From Atractiella rhizophila (Eukaryota): 64,000 bases of DNA. A program made the position numbers and the translations under genes. Within the stretch, counting starts at the first letter, position 1. Each line of letters opens with the position of its first letter. The stretch spans positions 1 to 64,000 of the forward strand of contig MU271271.1 in the NCBI GenBank assembly GCA_021432655.1. Direction: 5' to 3'. The notes beneath the pieces are model-generated. The model did no database searches and was not told the origin of the DNA. It worked only from the letters and a program-made list of their open reading frames with translations. This document shows positions 1 through 13,490 of the stretch, one piece after another.

Positions 1-656
1 GTCGACTTTTAATTGATGTACTGTGCCCGCGGTGGGGATGCACACTTAACCTGTCTTTTGAGAGCCTTGGCTGTTCGTAGCCCCTTAGAATCCAAGTCCG
101 ACAAGTGCTTGTGTGCCGTGCAAATCATTTGCTCCTATGCAATGTTGTACACTGTGACAGTATAGCATTGTCCCTCTCTCTTCTTTCTTACTATATTTAC
201 GGGCTCAAAAATTGGTGATTAATAAATGAAAACCAATATATATTTCAGCATCCTTGTGGCTATCCCATGCTTTTAATCTTGCTTATTCATAAAGAGAGAG
301 TGAGCCAAAATCGAGCGTGTGCAAAGGTCTGTTGGTGTGTCGGAGAAAGATATCAGGAGTGAAACAACTGAAGGTTGGACATCAGGAGGATTCTATGGCG
401 ACGTAAGATATACAAACGAGCGGAGCAATGAGACTGAAGAATCACGACAGACATTCATGCTGCACTGTTCCTTTCACGGGGTGAGGAAATAAATACGACA
501 AGCTCGGGATGTCCTCTCAGACAAATTTATGGTAACAAACTCAGGAGAGCGCTTCAATTACAGTGAATAGCTGCACCTTGACTACTGGTAGTTTACGATG
601 ACAGATGGAATGGTAGTGGCTGTTGAGAGTCGAGTACGTCTTGCATGATGGAGCAT

Positions 657-1243
657 AGATAACAAGAATTCACAGAGGCTTCTTCGCATTTGATGTATCC
701 TCCAGAATGGAAGGATGGTATTCGGAAGCAGAAAACCGCTATCCATTTCCTTCATAGCCTAATTCAAAAGAGGGCTTAAGAGGGCTTAAGTATTTGGAAC
801 TCGCAACGCAAACAGAAAAATTGTTTCCTACCACAATCTTGCCACACCCAATATTGTAGAATCGTTTTGTGTTTAAATGGGTTTCAGTCCAGTTGTGTGA
901 GATTTAATGGGATGGAGGCCTATCAACGTGGAAAAGCAGGTGTGCCGCCTCTTCCGTCTTTCTGTTCAACCCAGATCTGTTGGGGTCAATTTCTCGTTCC
1001 TTCTTCGAAGATAGTTCCTCTTTTCATGTAGCAAAGATGCTTCATGCCCTATGTCATTCCGCAGAACCTTACAATTAGTTGCCCCAATATACACAAACTC
1101 AGAACACAGAAGGAAAAGAACTCGCGGAGGAAGCAAAATCTAAAAAGCACGAACTGCCAAACACGGGTTATCGCAGTACACACTGCGAGTAATAGGGGTC
1201 TGTAATTCCTTTCATGAACACAACCCAGGAGCAATTGAGAACA
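657..1243. repeat. Dispersed direct repeat (copy 1); copy 2 at ~13491-14047
   Basis: agataacaagaattcacagagg...caggagcaattgagaa recurs near-identically at 13491, with a few small indels. Part of it (~935-1243) is also similar to ~42115-42445. Confidence 0.9.
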
Positions 1244-1451
1244 AAAACGCGCACTTGACTAAGCGCAACGATAGCCATTCGAACAGGCGGTTTGCACCAG
1301 TCCATCCCTGTCCTGCGCACTGACCATACGCGGACTGCGTCGCGGCGGATGATGGCGAATGACTGTCGTCTCCCGGTACGCATTGGGAGTAGTAGGGATC
1401 TACATTTGCACTTAAAAATGCAACGGCTTCTGTTCGATGACACGATGACAC
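1168..1451 (-). pseudogene. Relic of the 3' CBM1-encoding end of a paralog of the 42374-44020 gene
   Basis: Translates DPYYSQCVPGDDSHSPSSAATQSAYGQCAGQGWTGAN, then a frameshift, an intron and DPYYSQCV. Co-linear with ~42374-42610. No upstream exons; it abuts an F-box-family fragment. Confidence 0.85.
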
Positions 1452-1477
1452 TCAAGTCCTGCTTCCCGGACTTGCTC

Positions 1478-3668
1478 GATTTCCCAGACTTTATCTCTTA
1501 GTTCTTTGGGATTGGCCGGTGAGGCGAGCAATGAAGGGGGGATCGGACAAATCGATGGAGTGGCTGACGTGGAAAGGAAAGAGGAAGAGCAGAGGAGAAG
1601 ATCGGCATCCTCTCCAGCTTGACTTCCGCTTCCGTTTGGAAGTGCGTGCCAGCGTCGTCAACTCCGCCTCACCCCTTTATTCTCCGGGTACAAAATGTCC
1701 CTGCTGCTCTCTACTCGAAGTAATAGTGAATATGGCTGACGTTCACGCTGGGCTCCGAGTCTGCCTCCTAAGAACGACTCGAATTAGTTCATTCAATCGA
1801 CGAAATTACGGATGACTGCAAAGTTGGAGGTGATCGAAGGATCGAATCGGTTGCATTATGGAACATTTGCAGAGGGTGCAAGGAAATGGAGGGATGGAAA
1901 TAATAGCTCCGGATCTTTTGTCTAGTGTTCCCAATCACGTATAAGCGAATGCGAGTAAAGTAAAGATATTTGATTGGGGAAAACAGGAAGCAAAACCAAG
2001 AGCCATGTTTACTGTAATAAGTCCGGGCTGGCGGTGAAGCGCACATGTTTGGCACGGCATCCGGAATGAAACGATCAAGATTGGCACCATTGTATCATTG
2101 ATCTCCAACAGATGGTTGATAGCAAAACTCTAGGGCTTACTGAGTGGAAGACTCGCTCCCTCTTCTACGGCATCAGGATCACCAGGTCTCAAATTACCTC
2201 TACTGGACTCATACTACTCATACTACGAGACCGTTATATAAAACCCGCCTCTCCCATCGCACTCCCTCTCACCTCCGTTAAGCATCTGGAACTCTCCGAT
2301 AGGTATCCCCTCCCTTCCACGATCTTGGACTACCCACTGCATCGTCAACTAAAACGTCTCTCAATCAAGCTGGCAGCGTTCTTCGATGCTGAAATTTCAT
2401 CCACCTTACTCGCTGCGCTCGACTTAGCACATCTTGTCTCCCTCACGTTCCTAACCCTTGACGGCGGCGAAAAGTTTCAAACTTCGCTTTTCAGTACTCT
2501 CAAAAATGCAAAAGCCTTATCGCGCGTTGCGGTGTCGTGCTGTGTAGTGTAGTCGTCCGATTTCCCAGACTTTATCTCTTAGTTCTTTGGGATTGGCCGG
2601 TGAGGCGAGCAATGAAGGGGGGATCGGACAAATCGATGGAGTGGCTGACGTGGAAAGGAAAGAGGAAGAGCAGAGGAGAAGATCGGCATCCTCTCCAGCT
2701 TGACTTCCGCTTCCGTTTGGAAGTGCGTGCCAGCGTCGTCAACTCCGCCTCACCCCTTTATTCTCCGGGTACAAAATGTCCCTGCTGCTCTCTACTCGAA
2801 GTAATAGTGAATATGGCTGACGTTCACGCTGGGCTCCGAGTCTGCCTCCTAAGAACGACTCGAATTAGTTCATTCAATCGACGAAATTACGGATGACTGC
2901 AAAGTTGGAGGTGATCGAAGGATCGAATCGGTTGCATTATGGAACATTTGCAGAGGGTGCAAGGAAATGGAGGGATGGAAATAATAGCTCCGGATCTTTT
3001 GTCTAGTGTTCCCAATCACGTATAAGCGAATGCGAGTAAAGTAAAGATATTTGATTGGGGAAAACAGGAAGCAAAACCAAGAGCCATGTTTACTGTAATA
3101 AGTCCGGGCTGGCGGTGAAGCGCACATGTTTGGCACGGCATCCGGAATGAAACGATCAAGATTGGCACCATTGTATCATTGATCTCCAACAGATGGTTGA
3201 TACCAAAACTCTAGGGCTTACTGAGTGGAAGACTCCGCTCCCTCTTCTACGGCATCAGGATCACCAGGTCTCGAATTACCTCTACTGGACTCATACTACT
3301 CATACTACGAGACCGTTATATAAAACCCGCCTCTCCCATCGCACTCCCTCTCACCTCCGTTAAGCATCTGGAACTCTCCGATAGGTATCCCCTCCCTTCC
3401 ACGATCTTGGACTCAGCGGCCTACCCACTGCATCGTCAACTAAAACATCTCTCAATCAAGCTGGCGGCGTTCTTCGATGCTGAAATTTCATCCACCTTAC
3501 TCGCCGCGCTCGACTGAGCACATCTTGTCTCCCTCACGTTCCTAACCCTTGACGGCGGCGAAAAGTTTCAAACTTCGCTTTTCAGTGCTCTCAAAAATGC
3601 AAAAGCCTTACCGCGCGTTGCGGTGTCGTGCTGTGTAGGGTAGTGTAGTCGTCCGATTTCCCAGACTT
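1478..3668 (+). repeat. Tandem duplication, unit ~1081 bp (1478-2558, 2559-3668)
   Basis: Near-identical sequence at offset 1081; ORFs 1789-2055 and 2870-3136 are identical. Confidence 0.95.
2112..2600 (+). pseudogene. C-terminal relic of the F-box-like family
   Basis: LDLAHLVSLTFLTLDGGEKFQTSLFSTLKNAKA matches LDLSHLTYLVQLILDGGEETSNL..FFSTLKNARA of the 16.5-18.2 kb gene. Stops and frameshifts follow. Confidence 0.8.
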
Positions 3669-3815
3669 CATATGCTGGTTCTTTGGTGACTAGCGGGTGT
3701 GAGGGGAGTAAGATTTGCCGGAGAGGATAATGACGCTTGATTCTGTTTTATTCTTTGGAGATTGGTCAGAGGAGGAGGCCCGAAGTGCAAGGAATAAGTG
3801 TGTGTGGGGAGCAAA
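3193..3815 (+). pseudogene. Second relic of the F-box-like family, including the terminal motif
   Basis: Duplicate of the 2112 relic, continuing into DFICWFFGD and LFFGDWSEEEA, with stops and frameshifts. Confidence 0.75.
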
Positions 3816-4208
3816 CAGATCATCGTGAAAGGAGGGATGTTGTTTCTGCGATGTGCTCTTATCAGCATACCATTCAAGGCACGCGATGGTACCAAACTGA
3901 TGAAGAACCTACAAATGAAGCAGTCTTTGAGATGAGAAGGACTGAATCCTTCACTGATATAAGAGAAGGAGGGATAGATGGCGGAGCTAGGCTGAGAGAC
4001 ATTGTACAAATCGAAGATCCAATGCAGTCAGAAAAGCTGATACGCTTGGGCCTTATTCTTTGCCTTGAAACGTATTTGCATGTCCAAACACTACACTAGA
4101 TTGCTCGATGCGCAAACGATTCTAACTTGAATCAAAACGGAAAACTCTCTGGAACATTGATTTTGCAATGCCATAACTCGCTTATCACATCGTGATTAAC
4201 TCACACTC

Positions 4209-4522
4209 ATTTGCCTCGATCTGACGACTCATTGCCTTATTCTACCGCACGAAGGAGGAAGATGAATTTGACACCACTTCTTCCATCGACGTGCGTCCTT
4301 CGTCCTTCGTCCCTTCCTTTGAATGACGACCGACATGTGAGAGTGATTCAAGATGCTGCCCGCAGTAGGAGTGCTTCGTAGCCATTCTGAACTCTTACTT
4401 GACCTGCGGAGGTGAGTTACCAGGAGAAAGATTGTCGGTACCGTCTGGGTCGTGCGGCGTTGGAGTGCAGAGGGTCGAGGCGGAGTACTGGGGATGGAAA
4501 ACGAGAGGAGACGGATGCGATG
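4209..4522. repeat. Dispersed direct repeat; second copy at ~15646-15924
   Basis: atttgcctcgatctgacgactcattgcc...ggagacggatgcgatgg occurs at both sites with two indels. Confidence 0.9.
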
Positions 4523-4635
4523 GATTTCGCGAGCCACCGTGGACGAGCTGATACGAATCGCTAGCTGTTCCCAATGTTTGTCACGATTTCTCTACTTATC
4601 AGGGCTCAAAACATGCTGAATAGAGAATTTTACAG

Positions 4636-5042
4636 GTCTAAGAAGCGCTTTCCGCCCTTCTCGCTCTCGAAAACAAACCAGTTCGGCATCTGACCAGCCT
4701 TCGACGACACGAATGCTTTTGGTGATCGTGAAGTTGTTGAGTGAAAGGAGAGACTGGAATGAACTGAAGGAGCAAGTTCAGGCGTTGAGTAAGAAGCATG
4801 GACAACTTAGGGAGAGCACGAAGAAGATGGTTGGAGCGGTGATGGAGGTTTGGGAGGCGGGAAAGGCAGAGGAGGATGAGACAGAGGGACTGACGGTCTG
4901 TCTGAGGGATGTTACGGAAGGAATAGGGGAGGGGTGGCAGAAGCGTAACGGATCATCCAAGAAATCGCAATTGAGACTTTCGGCGCCGTTGGCAGGAGAG
5001 AGAAGACGGCCTTCATCTTGGGGCAGATTAGATTCTTGAAGC
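4636..5042 (+). pseudogene. RPN5: Fragment of 26S proteasome lid subunit Rpn5/PSMD12
   Basis: ALSALLALE.., STTRMLLVIVKLLSERRDWNELKEQVQALSKKHGQL..KMV..LRDVTEG and, in another frame, IIQEIAIETFGAVGRREKTAFILGQIRFL match remembered Rpn5 N-terminal motifs. It has an internal deletion, a stop, and no PCI domain. Confidence 0.75.
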
Positions 5043-6020
5043 TCTGTTGCTAACAGGCTTCTTCGAAACCGTGACACCCCAAGGCATCTCCATTGACTTC
5101 CAATGAGCCATTGCGCAGCCATGACCAGGAGAAGCGACGAGTACTTAGGAGAACTATACAAGTTGATTGGAGAAGAAGGATTGACGCTGGTTGCCTGCAT
5201 GATAAATATGATCCACTATCCAGGTGTGTCCTCTCTTGCTCAAGTTTAACCAGCCGGTTCCATCCTAAAACTACGTGGGGGGCAGCGCTGAACTTTCTCA
5301 TTTCACAATCTCTTCCAACATCTCGATACCTTAACACTGCACCCATCCATCATCCACCCGTCTCCCCGTTCCCTTCCTCTTCCACCTCTTTCTCCACAAA
5401 GAGCTTCGTTCGAATGGTTCACCCTTACCGAGAAGATTGTCCGTGCACTGGCCATGTTGTTCTCCACCTCACCTTTGTCGTTCTTGAATCTCGATTCGAC
5501 TTTGATAGACTCTGAAGCTTAGCCGCTAGGTCAGATGGAAACAGCACAGGGAGCAGGATGATTGTTGGAGTATTGTGATAAGTCAGTATCCCCTCTTTCT
5601 AAGCCTTATCTCACAATGAGCATGACCTCTTCGAATTCTAGCCGGATAACCTCACGCAGCGGCGGACTGGGGGGAAACGGAGCGAGCTTGCTAAGGAGAT
5701 AAGACAAGTGAGTGTGGCCACAGTCAAAAGCGCTCAATTGCTGAGGGTTATTCAGTTCCTTGAATTGCATCCTCCCCTCGTCCACCGTCGCTCACTCCCA
5801 TGCCACATGCACACTAGCCGCCTAGTCTTTTCCATCGTAATCAGTCCTCTCCCACTCCGAGACGCAGTCCATTCAGCCCATGCCGGACAACAAACCTCTT
5901 CCTTGATCTTGGATGGAAATTGGCGAGCAGACGGCATATATATACAAAAAGAAGTGATTGTCAATCTCTTTATTGCTTTGACACAATAAAAACAATAAAC
6001 CCGGTACCCATCTAAGTAGC

Positions 6021-9000
6021 TCAGTCATCGTCCGACTCCAAGTTTGCGAGCAGGGTCATATGCTCCCAAGCAATCCCATATCTCTGCTGCCCAACAGCCT
6101 GCCGTGTGTTCTCCCAATCTTCCTCAAACTGTCCGCTCTCTTCCTCTTCTATATCTTCTTCTTCCTCGGACTCGGAGTTTGCTTCTAACAGCTGCTCATC
6201 AATAGGAAAGATAGAAACAAGACCTTTAATTGTCCCAATGTCAGTGAAGCGATTCCTCCGAGGTGTCTCGTCAGAAAAGCAGCAGGAAAGATCGCCTCGC
6301 TCAACTTCTCCTCTCAGATCATCTACAACCGTAACGAATGTGAGCTGGAAGCAGTGGTCCTGAAACCGACAAGTGAGGTAGAATTGCACGACGCCAAAGT
6401 ATCCTTGCAGTTCACTGGTTTCCCTGTCCCGATTAACGAACTGCATGGTATTAGACGAGTCGTGCAAAGGTAACAACCACTCACTGAGATACAAGTTGCA
6501 CTTCTCGTAAGCTCCTTTCGCTTCCAACCGGACTCAACCCACATTGAGCGAATGGTTTGCTTGTTTCCCGCCAACTTGAGATTTCCCCATCGAACGACCT
6601 CTCTCAGTTTGCCAAATGATACTTGGGTCTCCTCAGAAGATGACTGGGTCGTGTCCACTGACATGTTTGAGCAAGTGCTGTCTTCGGAATCACTACTTGA
6701 GACGTCTGAGTTGAGATCCTCGTCGATGAGACCGGCAAAATCTTTACTGTTGTACTGCCAATAAATGAATCGCACCAGATCTTCTCGAACTGACTTGTCC
6801 AACGACGGGTTCAGTTCTCTCTTGACAGTCAAAAAACGAGAGTTGTCGACTTTACTCTTCTCAAAGGCAATGCTCGACGCAAGGGCCCTCTTTGGGATTG
6901 GACAGAGCCAGTTGACGATATTTACGCGTTCACGGTGAAGCATAAGACGCACTAAATTGGCCGTATACTGAGTGACATTCTGAAGAGATTGAACCATTTG
7001 GCCAATCAACCGTTCCATCGGATACTGCCAGTAGACCCAGACAGGGCCCATTTGCAAAATACAATCGTAGACGTGCAAAAGGCGATGAAGAGCCATGCGG
7101 CACATCTTGATGCGCTTGATCTTCCGCTGATAATACAGCTGCATAAACTCGTCGTGAAACTCCTCAAAAAGGTGCTTCATTTCGAGCAGCTCCTCATGGG
7201 TAATTTGTCTCTGGCAAGCGATTGTCACAGCTTTGACGAATTTCAGCTAGTGATCCAGATATATCGGGGGTAAAAAGTGTGGCAAAAATTGGCGAGACCA
7301 GATAAAGCACCATTGTGCCCAATCCTTGTTCTTGTAGGAGGTCCAAGAAGTGTGGATATTGTGAGGTCGTTCGCCAAATGCTGCTGGCCAAAAGCGAGAG
7401 GCATTCTCCATTAATATACCTATCCAGGAACTGTCAGATGTATACCTTGTAACAACAGATGGAACGCATACCAATCTTCTCCCAGCTTTCTTCGGGGATA
7501 ACAAAGTCTTCCGTGCCATTCAAACCCATCTGCTCATCACCACGCCAGATCTTGAACATAAAAGTGTAACGAGTTGAAAAAAAAGGTGCATGGCATCGAT
7601 TGGAAAGAAATAGGGCCAAATAAAAGTATCGAAACTGGCGAAAGGAGTCTTTCGTGCGATTCCAAACTTGGTGGTAAGCTTTGTTGTCTCCTCTTGAGAT
7701 TTTGCAAGCAAAAGTTTTGTCATTTCTCGCCCGTAGGTATCGTCTGTACGTAGAGGAGGTGGTGAATCTCTTGAATACTGCTTTCGGCGAATATTTTTCT
7801 TCCTTCGCCTCGTTGTCCCAAGGTCAGTGTCATCGGTAGGGTTTTCGAAAGCGTAGTAGTAACCACTCTTTCCGGCATAATAACCAATAACCAATCTATT
7901 CTTCTAAGAGCGTTGGGTTTCTTGGCATGAGTCATAAGACGCACTTTTGAGCCCTTGCAGCTCCCACACCATGCACAATGAAATGAAATAAAGTATACCA
8001 TCGTAACCCATATGCTTGCCCCTTTCTGAACCTGCAAAGAAATTTTATTCTGAAAGGTAACAAAAATACGTTTTGTACTGGACTCGAACTCTTACTATCA
8101 CTGTGGGGTTCAAGGGGCCATGCCCCTTGCGAGTGGGTTGAGGGGCCTGAGGGACGAAGGCCGCTAATACACTTGTAAGATAGCAAAAGCTACAACCACA
8201 CCTGCCACGTGGACCCACAGTACAAGCAAATTTTGAGCTTCCCTGCATATCAGCCGCTCCAAGGAGAAGGTATATGTGACAGATGAACCATTCCCTCTCC
8301 TTCTTGTCCCAGACCGAACACCTTCGGTCTCAAGCTTCCTCAGTTCTTCCAGTGATTCTTGAAGAAAAGTAAAGATATCCTTAGGGTTGTTAGGTCCAGG
8401 AATGATTAAGACAAGAATCATGTTGTGCTTCTTAACTCATTCTTCAGGAGACAAGTTCAAGTTCAGCAATATTACAAGCCAAGCATCAGAGTGCTTGTCG
8501 CGAAAGATTTGAGCGCCATTGGATGAAAAGAGCAAGGCAACATCTCGATCATCTCTGAAAAACCGTTCAAGGAGCCTCTTGTAATTTTCTGAATCGATGT
8601 AGTCCTCAATGGGCTTGTCTGGATTGGATCGCATTGCTGCAGTAGCCCTTGCACGATACAACATGGCTTCAGCACGAAAGGTAGCACGATACATTGCTTG
8701 AATACGAGGAGCAAGAGGGAGCTAAGTGAAGGTCTTGCGGGAAACGTTCTTTCCCTCTGCCAACCTCCGTTCATCGTATCTTGCCTCACCACAATGAGGA
8801 CAACTCAAAGTATCCTTATACCGCCAAGTATAAGCAATACACGAGTTGATGCAGCAATCCCGCTCGTTCCCATTAAGACCAGTAAGTTTCTTTGCCATGT
8901 TCTCACTGCGATATCGAGAGCGCAAATTGTCATAAAGGTTGAAATGTTGTAAGAGATGAAGCAAGTTGTCGAAAGCCACTTGCGTGACTCCGGGGTGCTC

Positions 9001-9758
9001 CCGAAACCACTGATAGAGGCAAAGATTAAAAAACTCGTCGTCATCCAGCTCAATAGCCGGTGGTGGTGGCAGATCTTCAGCATGTGGAAGGTCATGCTCA
9101 AACTCCATATCATTCCACTCGAAAGCTTCACCTTGATGGGTTGAATCAAAGTCATCCATTTCCAGAAAATCATCCTCGTCCAAGCCATCTGAGGGCAAGG
9201 CTCCTGTGCTCTCATCATCATCGTCATGATCGCCTCCATCAGAAAATAGAAAATCCTCGTTGACAAAAAAACTTGAAAGGTTCGGAGAAGCAGGTTCAGG
9301 CTGAAGTGGTATAAATGAGAAGGATGCAGGAGATGCCGTAGCTTCCCTTGGGAAGGAGGATGATTAGTGGAATCTGGAGCCTCAGGTTCACTTTGCATGC
9401 TCTCTTCTTCACTCGCACACGATGAAGCCTCATCTGGTCCATCTAAATTTGGTTTAAGCAAAGTAAATAGGTAAATCTGTTGCATACAAGTTTCATTCGC
9501 CTGTGATCTAGACTCGTCGAAGCTAGAATATCGTTCACCTCTGCTGGGAGTTGACAACTAGCTTCTTTGCGACACAGTTGGCTCAAGAGATACCTGAGCT
9601 AGGTCTGTTCGCTGGAAGTTGAACCATTCTGCCTCTTTTCCACGCTGCTGGTAGCTTTTGAAACAACGACCATAAGTTGATTTATCGATGAAAGGGGAAG
9701 CATGATGCTTAGGACAACCACAACGCTTCTTGCCTGCAGGAATGTGTATGCTCAACAT
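6021..9758 (-). mobile_element. Decayed CACTA/EnSpm (CMC) transposase, Tnp2/Transposase_21 + DUF4218-like
   Basis: Motifs DCCINSCIAY..CPHCGEARY, FSSNGAQIF..ILLNLNLSPE, IIPGPNNPKDIFTFLQ..LEELRKL..EGV, PIDAMHLF and GPVWVYWQYPMERLIG. Broken by stops (8437, 9558) and frameshifts. No TIRs found. Confidence 0.88.
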
Positions 9759-9902
9759 TGCCTGGTAAAAGTGCGAGGTGCAATACCTGATCGAGGAAAA
9801 ATCAGGCTCAGGCTTTTTTACGGCGCTGATTTACTCAAGCGACGCCACAACTGGAATTTTCTCGTACATCCACCTCAGTTTGCACTTACTTCAACGACGA
9901 AA

Positions 9903-11330
9903 ATGGATTTTACCAGCTTCCACCCCGGTACTCCTAGCACCCCTCAACAGTTTGCTACTCCCCAACAGTTTGCTACACCTTATCTTTCAACTCAAGCCAT
10001 TGCCAACCTTTCGCATGAACAGCTCATGTTCAATCCCCTTTATGTTCAATACTGGAAAGATACGACAAGCTTCCAAGTTATCGTTTCAGGAAACGAGACC
10101 ATCATCGAGCTCCTCAAAGACAAGGTCAAGATTCTTGAAGAAAAAATCGGTACCATGCAGCCTGCAACAAACTTCACAAATCCATTCGCACATTCAGCCT
10201 CCCTTCCGGCTCCCATTTCTCTCACCTCTGTCAGTGTTCCACCCGCATACGAGAAGGAGAAGTTCCCCAACATTCGGTACTGGACGAAAGCGGCCATCGA
10301 CGTAGGGATTCAAGGGAAGACTTCGATTCGGAAGCAACTCCAAATGGCGAATGGTGACTATATCCACAAGTCACCGGTTATGAAGATTGTGAAGGATTTA
10401 GTCGACGAGACCATCTTGGAGATGAGGAAGACGGTAAATGGGCAGAATGTGCGCTGGACCAAGTTCTCGCAGGAAACACAAGCCTGGGCGATACGAAGAT
10501 TGATGGCCGGACATGAGGCCTTCCGACTCTGCGAGGGAGAGGAGAAAGCTAGGAGGTACCTTATAAGTGTTCTTGAGAATGCGGTCGCGAACCATACCGA
10601 TGCAAAGGTGGCAGCTAGAGAGCAAAAGAGGAAAGAAAAAGTCTGTCTTTTACTTTGAAACATTATTTCGCAGTTAACAGTCCAGCAGAGCGTAACAACG
10701 GATGACGACAAAGAGGATGTCGATGGCACCATTGTTGGTCCCATTGTTGGTTCGTTTGGATGCTTCACAACATGCCTACTTTATTGATGGAACGCATAGT
10801 AGCTCCTCAAGTAATCAGGCTTAAGATCCCGAAGGATCCAATGACTTCCAATCCTGCACCGGTGATGGTGAGCAGTTCTGGTGAAGGGTATGTGGATAAG
10901 ATTGTAATGTGAGATCACACAGCTGATTTTGTGAGCCAGAGACGTCACGAATCATGACCAAGGTCAACACATCCTAACTGGGCTACAAAACGACCCGGCA
11001 GGACAGAGTCAGCCGTCAACGAAGACTATGCAAGCCCTTGTAGATGCGGTCATTGATGCAGGAAATGAAGAAACCACCTCAGCCACAACTCTGCCCACCA
11101 TCAGCACCAGCAATGGCACTTCCAACGAGGGTATCGCAGGCTCAAGCAATGCCATCAACGATGTGATCAGCACTCCCAGCACGGGCACCACATGCGCTAC
11201 GGTTGGTTCTGGGGATATAGGAGTCGCAGGCAGGACTAGAAAAAGAAGAGCTAGAGAAGAAGAGGCGCAGGTAGCCGAAATAAGCAGTAGCAAGAAGAAG
11301 AAGAAAACCAGAAAGAAAGCGAAAGCCTAA
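9903..11330 (+). CDS. Hypothetical protein, probable accessory gene of the transposon (intron-containing)
   Basis: ~250-aa first exon from ATG 9903 (coiled-coil, FPNIRYWTK), then short introns and a basic C-terminus (KKKKKTRKKAKA). Divergent from the transposase. Confidence 0.6.
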
Positions 11331-13490
11331 GCCGTCAAGGGTAGAAGCGAAATGAAATGCTCCAAGTATAGTAAGTAGTTCTTCATTTCATTGCATGCTC
11401 TAACCAAGATTGACAGAACAACCAAATATCTTTATCCATAAGTACATATTATATCTTAGCAGCCGAAACAAAAGAATGTTGAAATGAATGGCTTATATCC
11501 CAAGTTTCTGGTGTGCGCGAACTAGCTGTATTGAGAAAACTCGGAATGGATTGAAGTCGAAGGTCCACTACTCATTGAAACACTTTACCGCTCATAAACC
11601 AGCCAAAGTACCTAGCACTTTGGAAATCTTTACAGATTCTAACTTTTGCCAACTAGACTAAGAGACGGAAGGGTGAGAGGTGTCGGTAAGAGAAGTTGCG
11701 GAGGGACAGGAACCCAGGGAGTTGACAAGTCGGTTTCGGTCGAACAGGAGGGGCGGATGAAGAGAGGATGGAGAGAATCATGCCAAAAAGATCGGACACT
11801 GCTTAAAAGGAGAATGAATTAGAAGGAGAAAGCACACAACGGTGGTAGAAGCGAGAGGAGATACCTGTCATGTGGGATGTGGGACAAACTCTAGCTAGAA
11901 TCCATGCTGTGCGGAGTATGATTGAAAGTCTGTTTGAAGCGATTAGTCCTGAACGAGTGCGAGTGAGAACAGACATGGATGTTCATAAACTCATCGCAAA
12001 TCGATAATTGCATCCCGTTGTTTCGAAATCTCAACGTACGAGACTCCTGCTGATGCTCGCTAGAGGTTGATATCGGGAATGGCCAATGGAAGGGAGAGCA
12101 AGTGGGCCATGGCAAAGCGGAGTCGGGACTACAAAACGAACGAGTTATATTAACACCTGAGCAAAAGAAAGAACTTAGCTTACCGTTGAGGTTTATCTCT
12201 GTGATCCATCTCTCGGCACCAGGCGGCCGTCGACATGTCGTAGCCCTCAACAAGTTCCGAGATGAGAGAGAACTTGCCCAATAGACCAGTACTTTGCCAT
12301 CCACATCCACACCCACGCCTCGGAAGATTCTGCTCCTGCGGAAAGGGAGCGCGGGAGAGGTGGAGAGGCATTGTTGTGAAGCCACGAAAGACGGGCAGTG
12401 GCAAGATGATAGATGGCGAGGGGAAAGTCAAAGTCATGGCGGAGACGATTGAGAGCATGAGAGCTACCGAACACAAGAAATCCTCAGCAGAGAGAAAAAA
12501 ACCGGAGGAAGACCATACCAGATAAAGACCCCAATCCTGTACACCTCCAGATACTGTACCAAAGCAGAAGGATATTCTCTGTCTTTTACAAAACTGTTGC
12601 AATAGCTCTCAGTCCACAGACATGAGGATCTTCTTCTGCTTAGGCACAGTGCTGGAGGACGGAGTCATCGTTATGGGCTGAAGTTAATTCGAGAGCGCCG
12701 TCCATCGTCAAAAAGGGCTGCTCGTCGTGGTAGGCTGTGGTAGGTATAGGCATAGGCAGATGAGGAAGATACCTGTGCCCCTCTCCTGCACAGCGACAGC
12801 GCTGCAATCAGACAAAGTGAGAATCGAACTTCCTTGCGCTGAGAAGTCTCCAAAGTGCAAACTTTGCATCTGTAAACGCCTGTCGCAGATGCCCAGGCCA
12901 CAATGCAGAAGCTACCCTTTTTCGACTTCTCTGTCAAGTCAACAAGAAACACACCGGAGAATCACCTCACCACCCTTCCACCTCAGATCATCAATCTTCC
13001 GCCCTTCTTTCGAATAGTTTGACTCAGGTACTCGAGGGCGCTGAGGCTACGCTGGAGCTGGAGCTGTTGTTGAGTTGAGGACTTTGCGTCCGTCGTCTGC
13101 TGAGCAACTCGAGGAATGTTTGGCCACATTTGTCTCAGACAGTGCTGAAACTTAGAAAGTTTTCAAAATCAACGAACTCGACTCCTCCTCGACTCCCTCA
13201 AACGGCATTATTCCCGTGTCATCCTCCTCCTAAATCGATATCGACATCCCCCCATCTCGTTTCCACCCCATCGCAGGTTTTTGACGCGAAAAACGCTTTT
13301 TTTTCTCGCTTCAGCACTTTTTTTTGGGAACCCCGCCTCGACGAACATTCGATGCAATTTCACATCAGGTCTCCTTTATGACAAATGAATGTGGATTCTT
13401 AGATGGTTCTTATGTCTCCAGCTAAGTAGCGACACGTCGGTTGATGGGAAGGTCTCGGAGTGAAGGAATTCGAAGGAATGTAGTGAACGC

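Noticed and set aside
11700..13110. Possible minus-strand gene with a CKVC motif
   Set aside because: Could not assemble a coherent spliced frame or assign a family.
5270..13340. Candidate TIRs for the Tnp2 element near 5275 and 13330
   Set aside because: Only a weak ~7-nt match; no TSD. Boundaries left unresolved.
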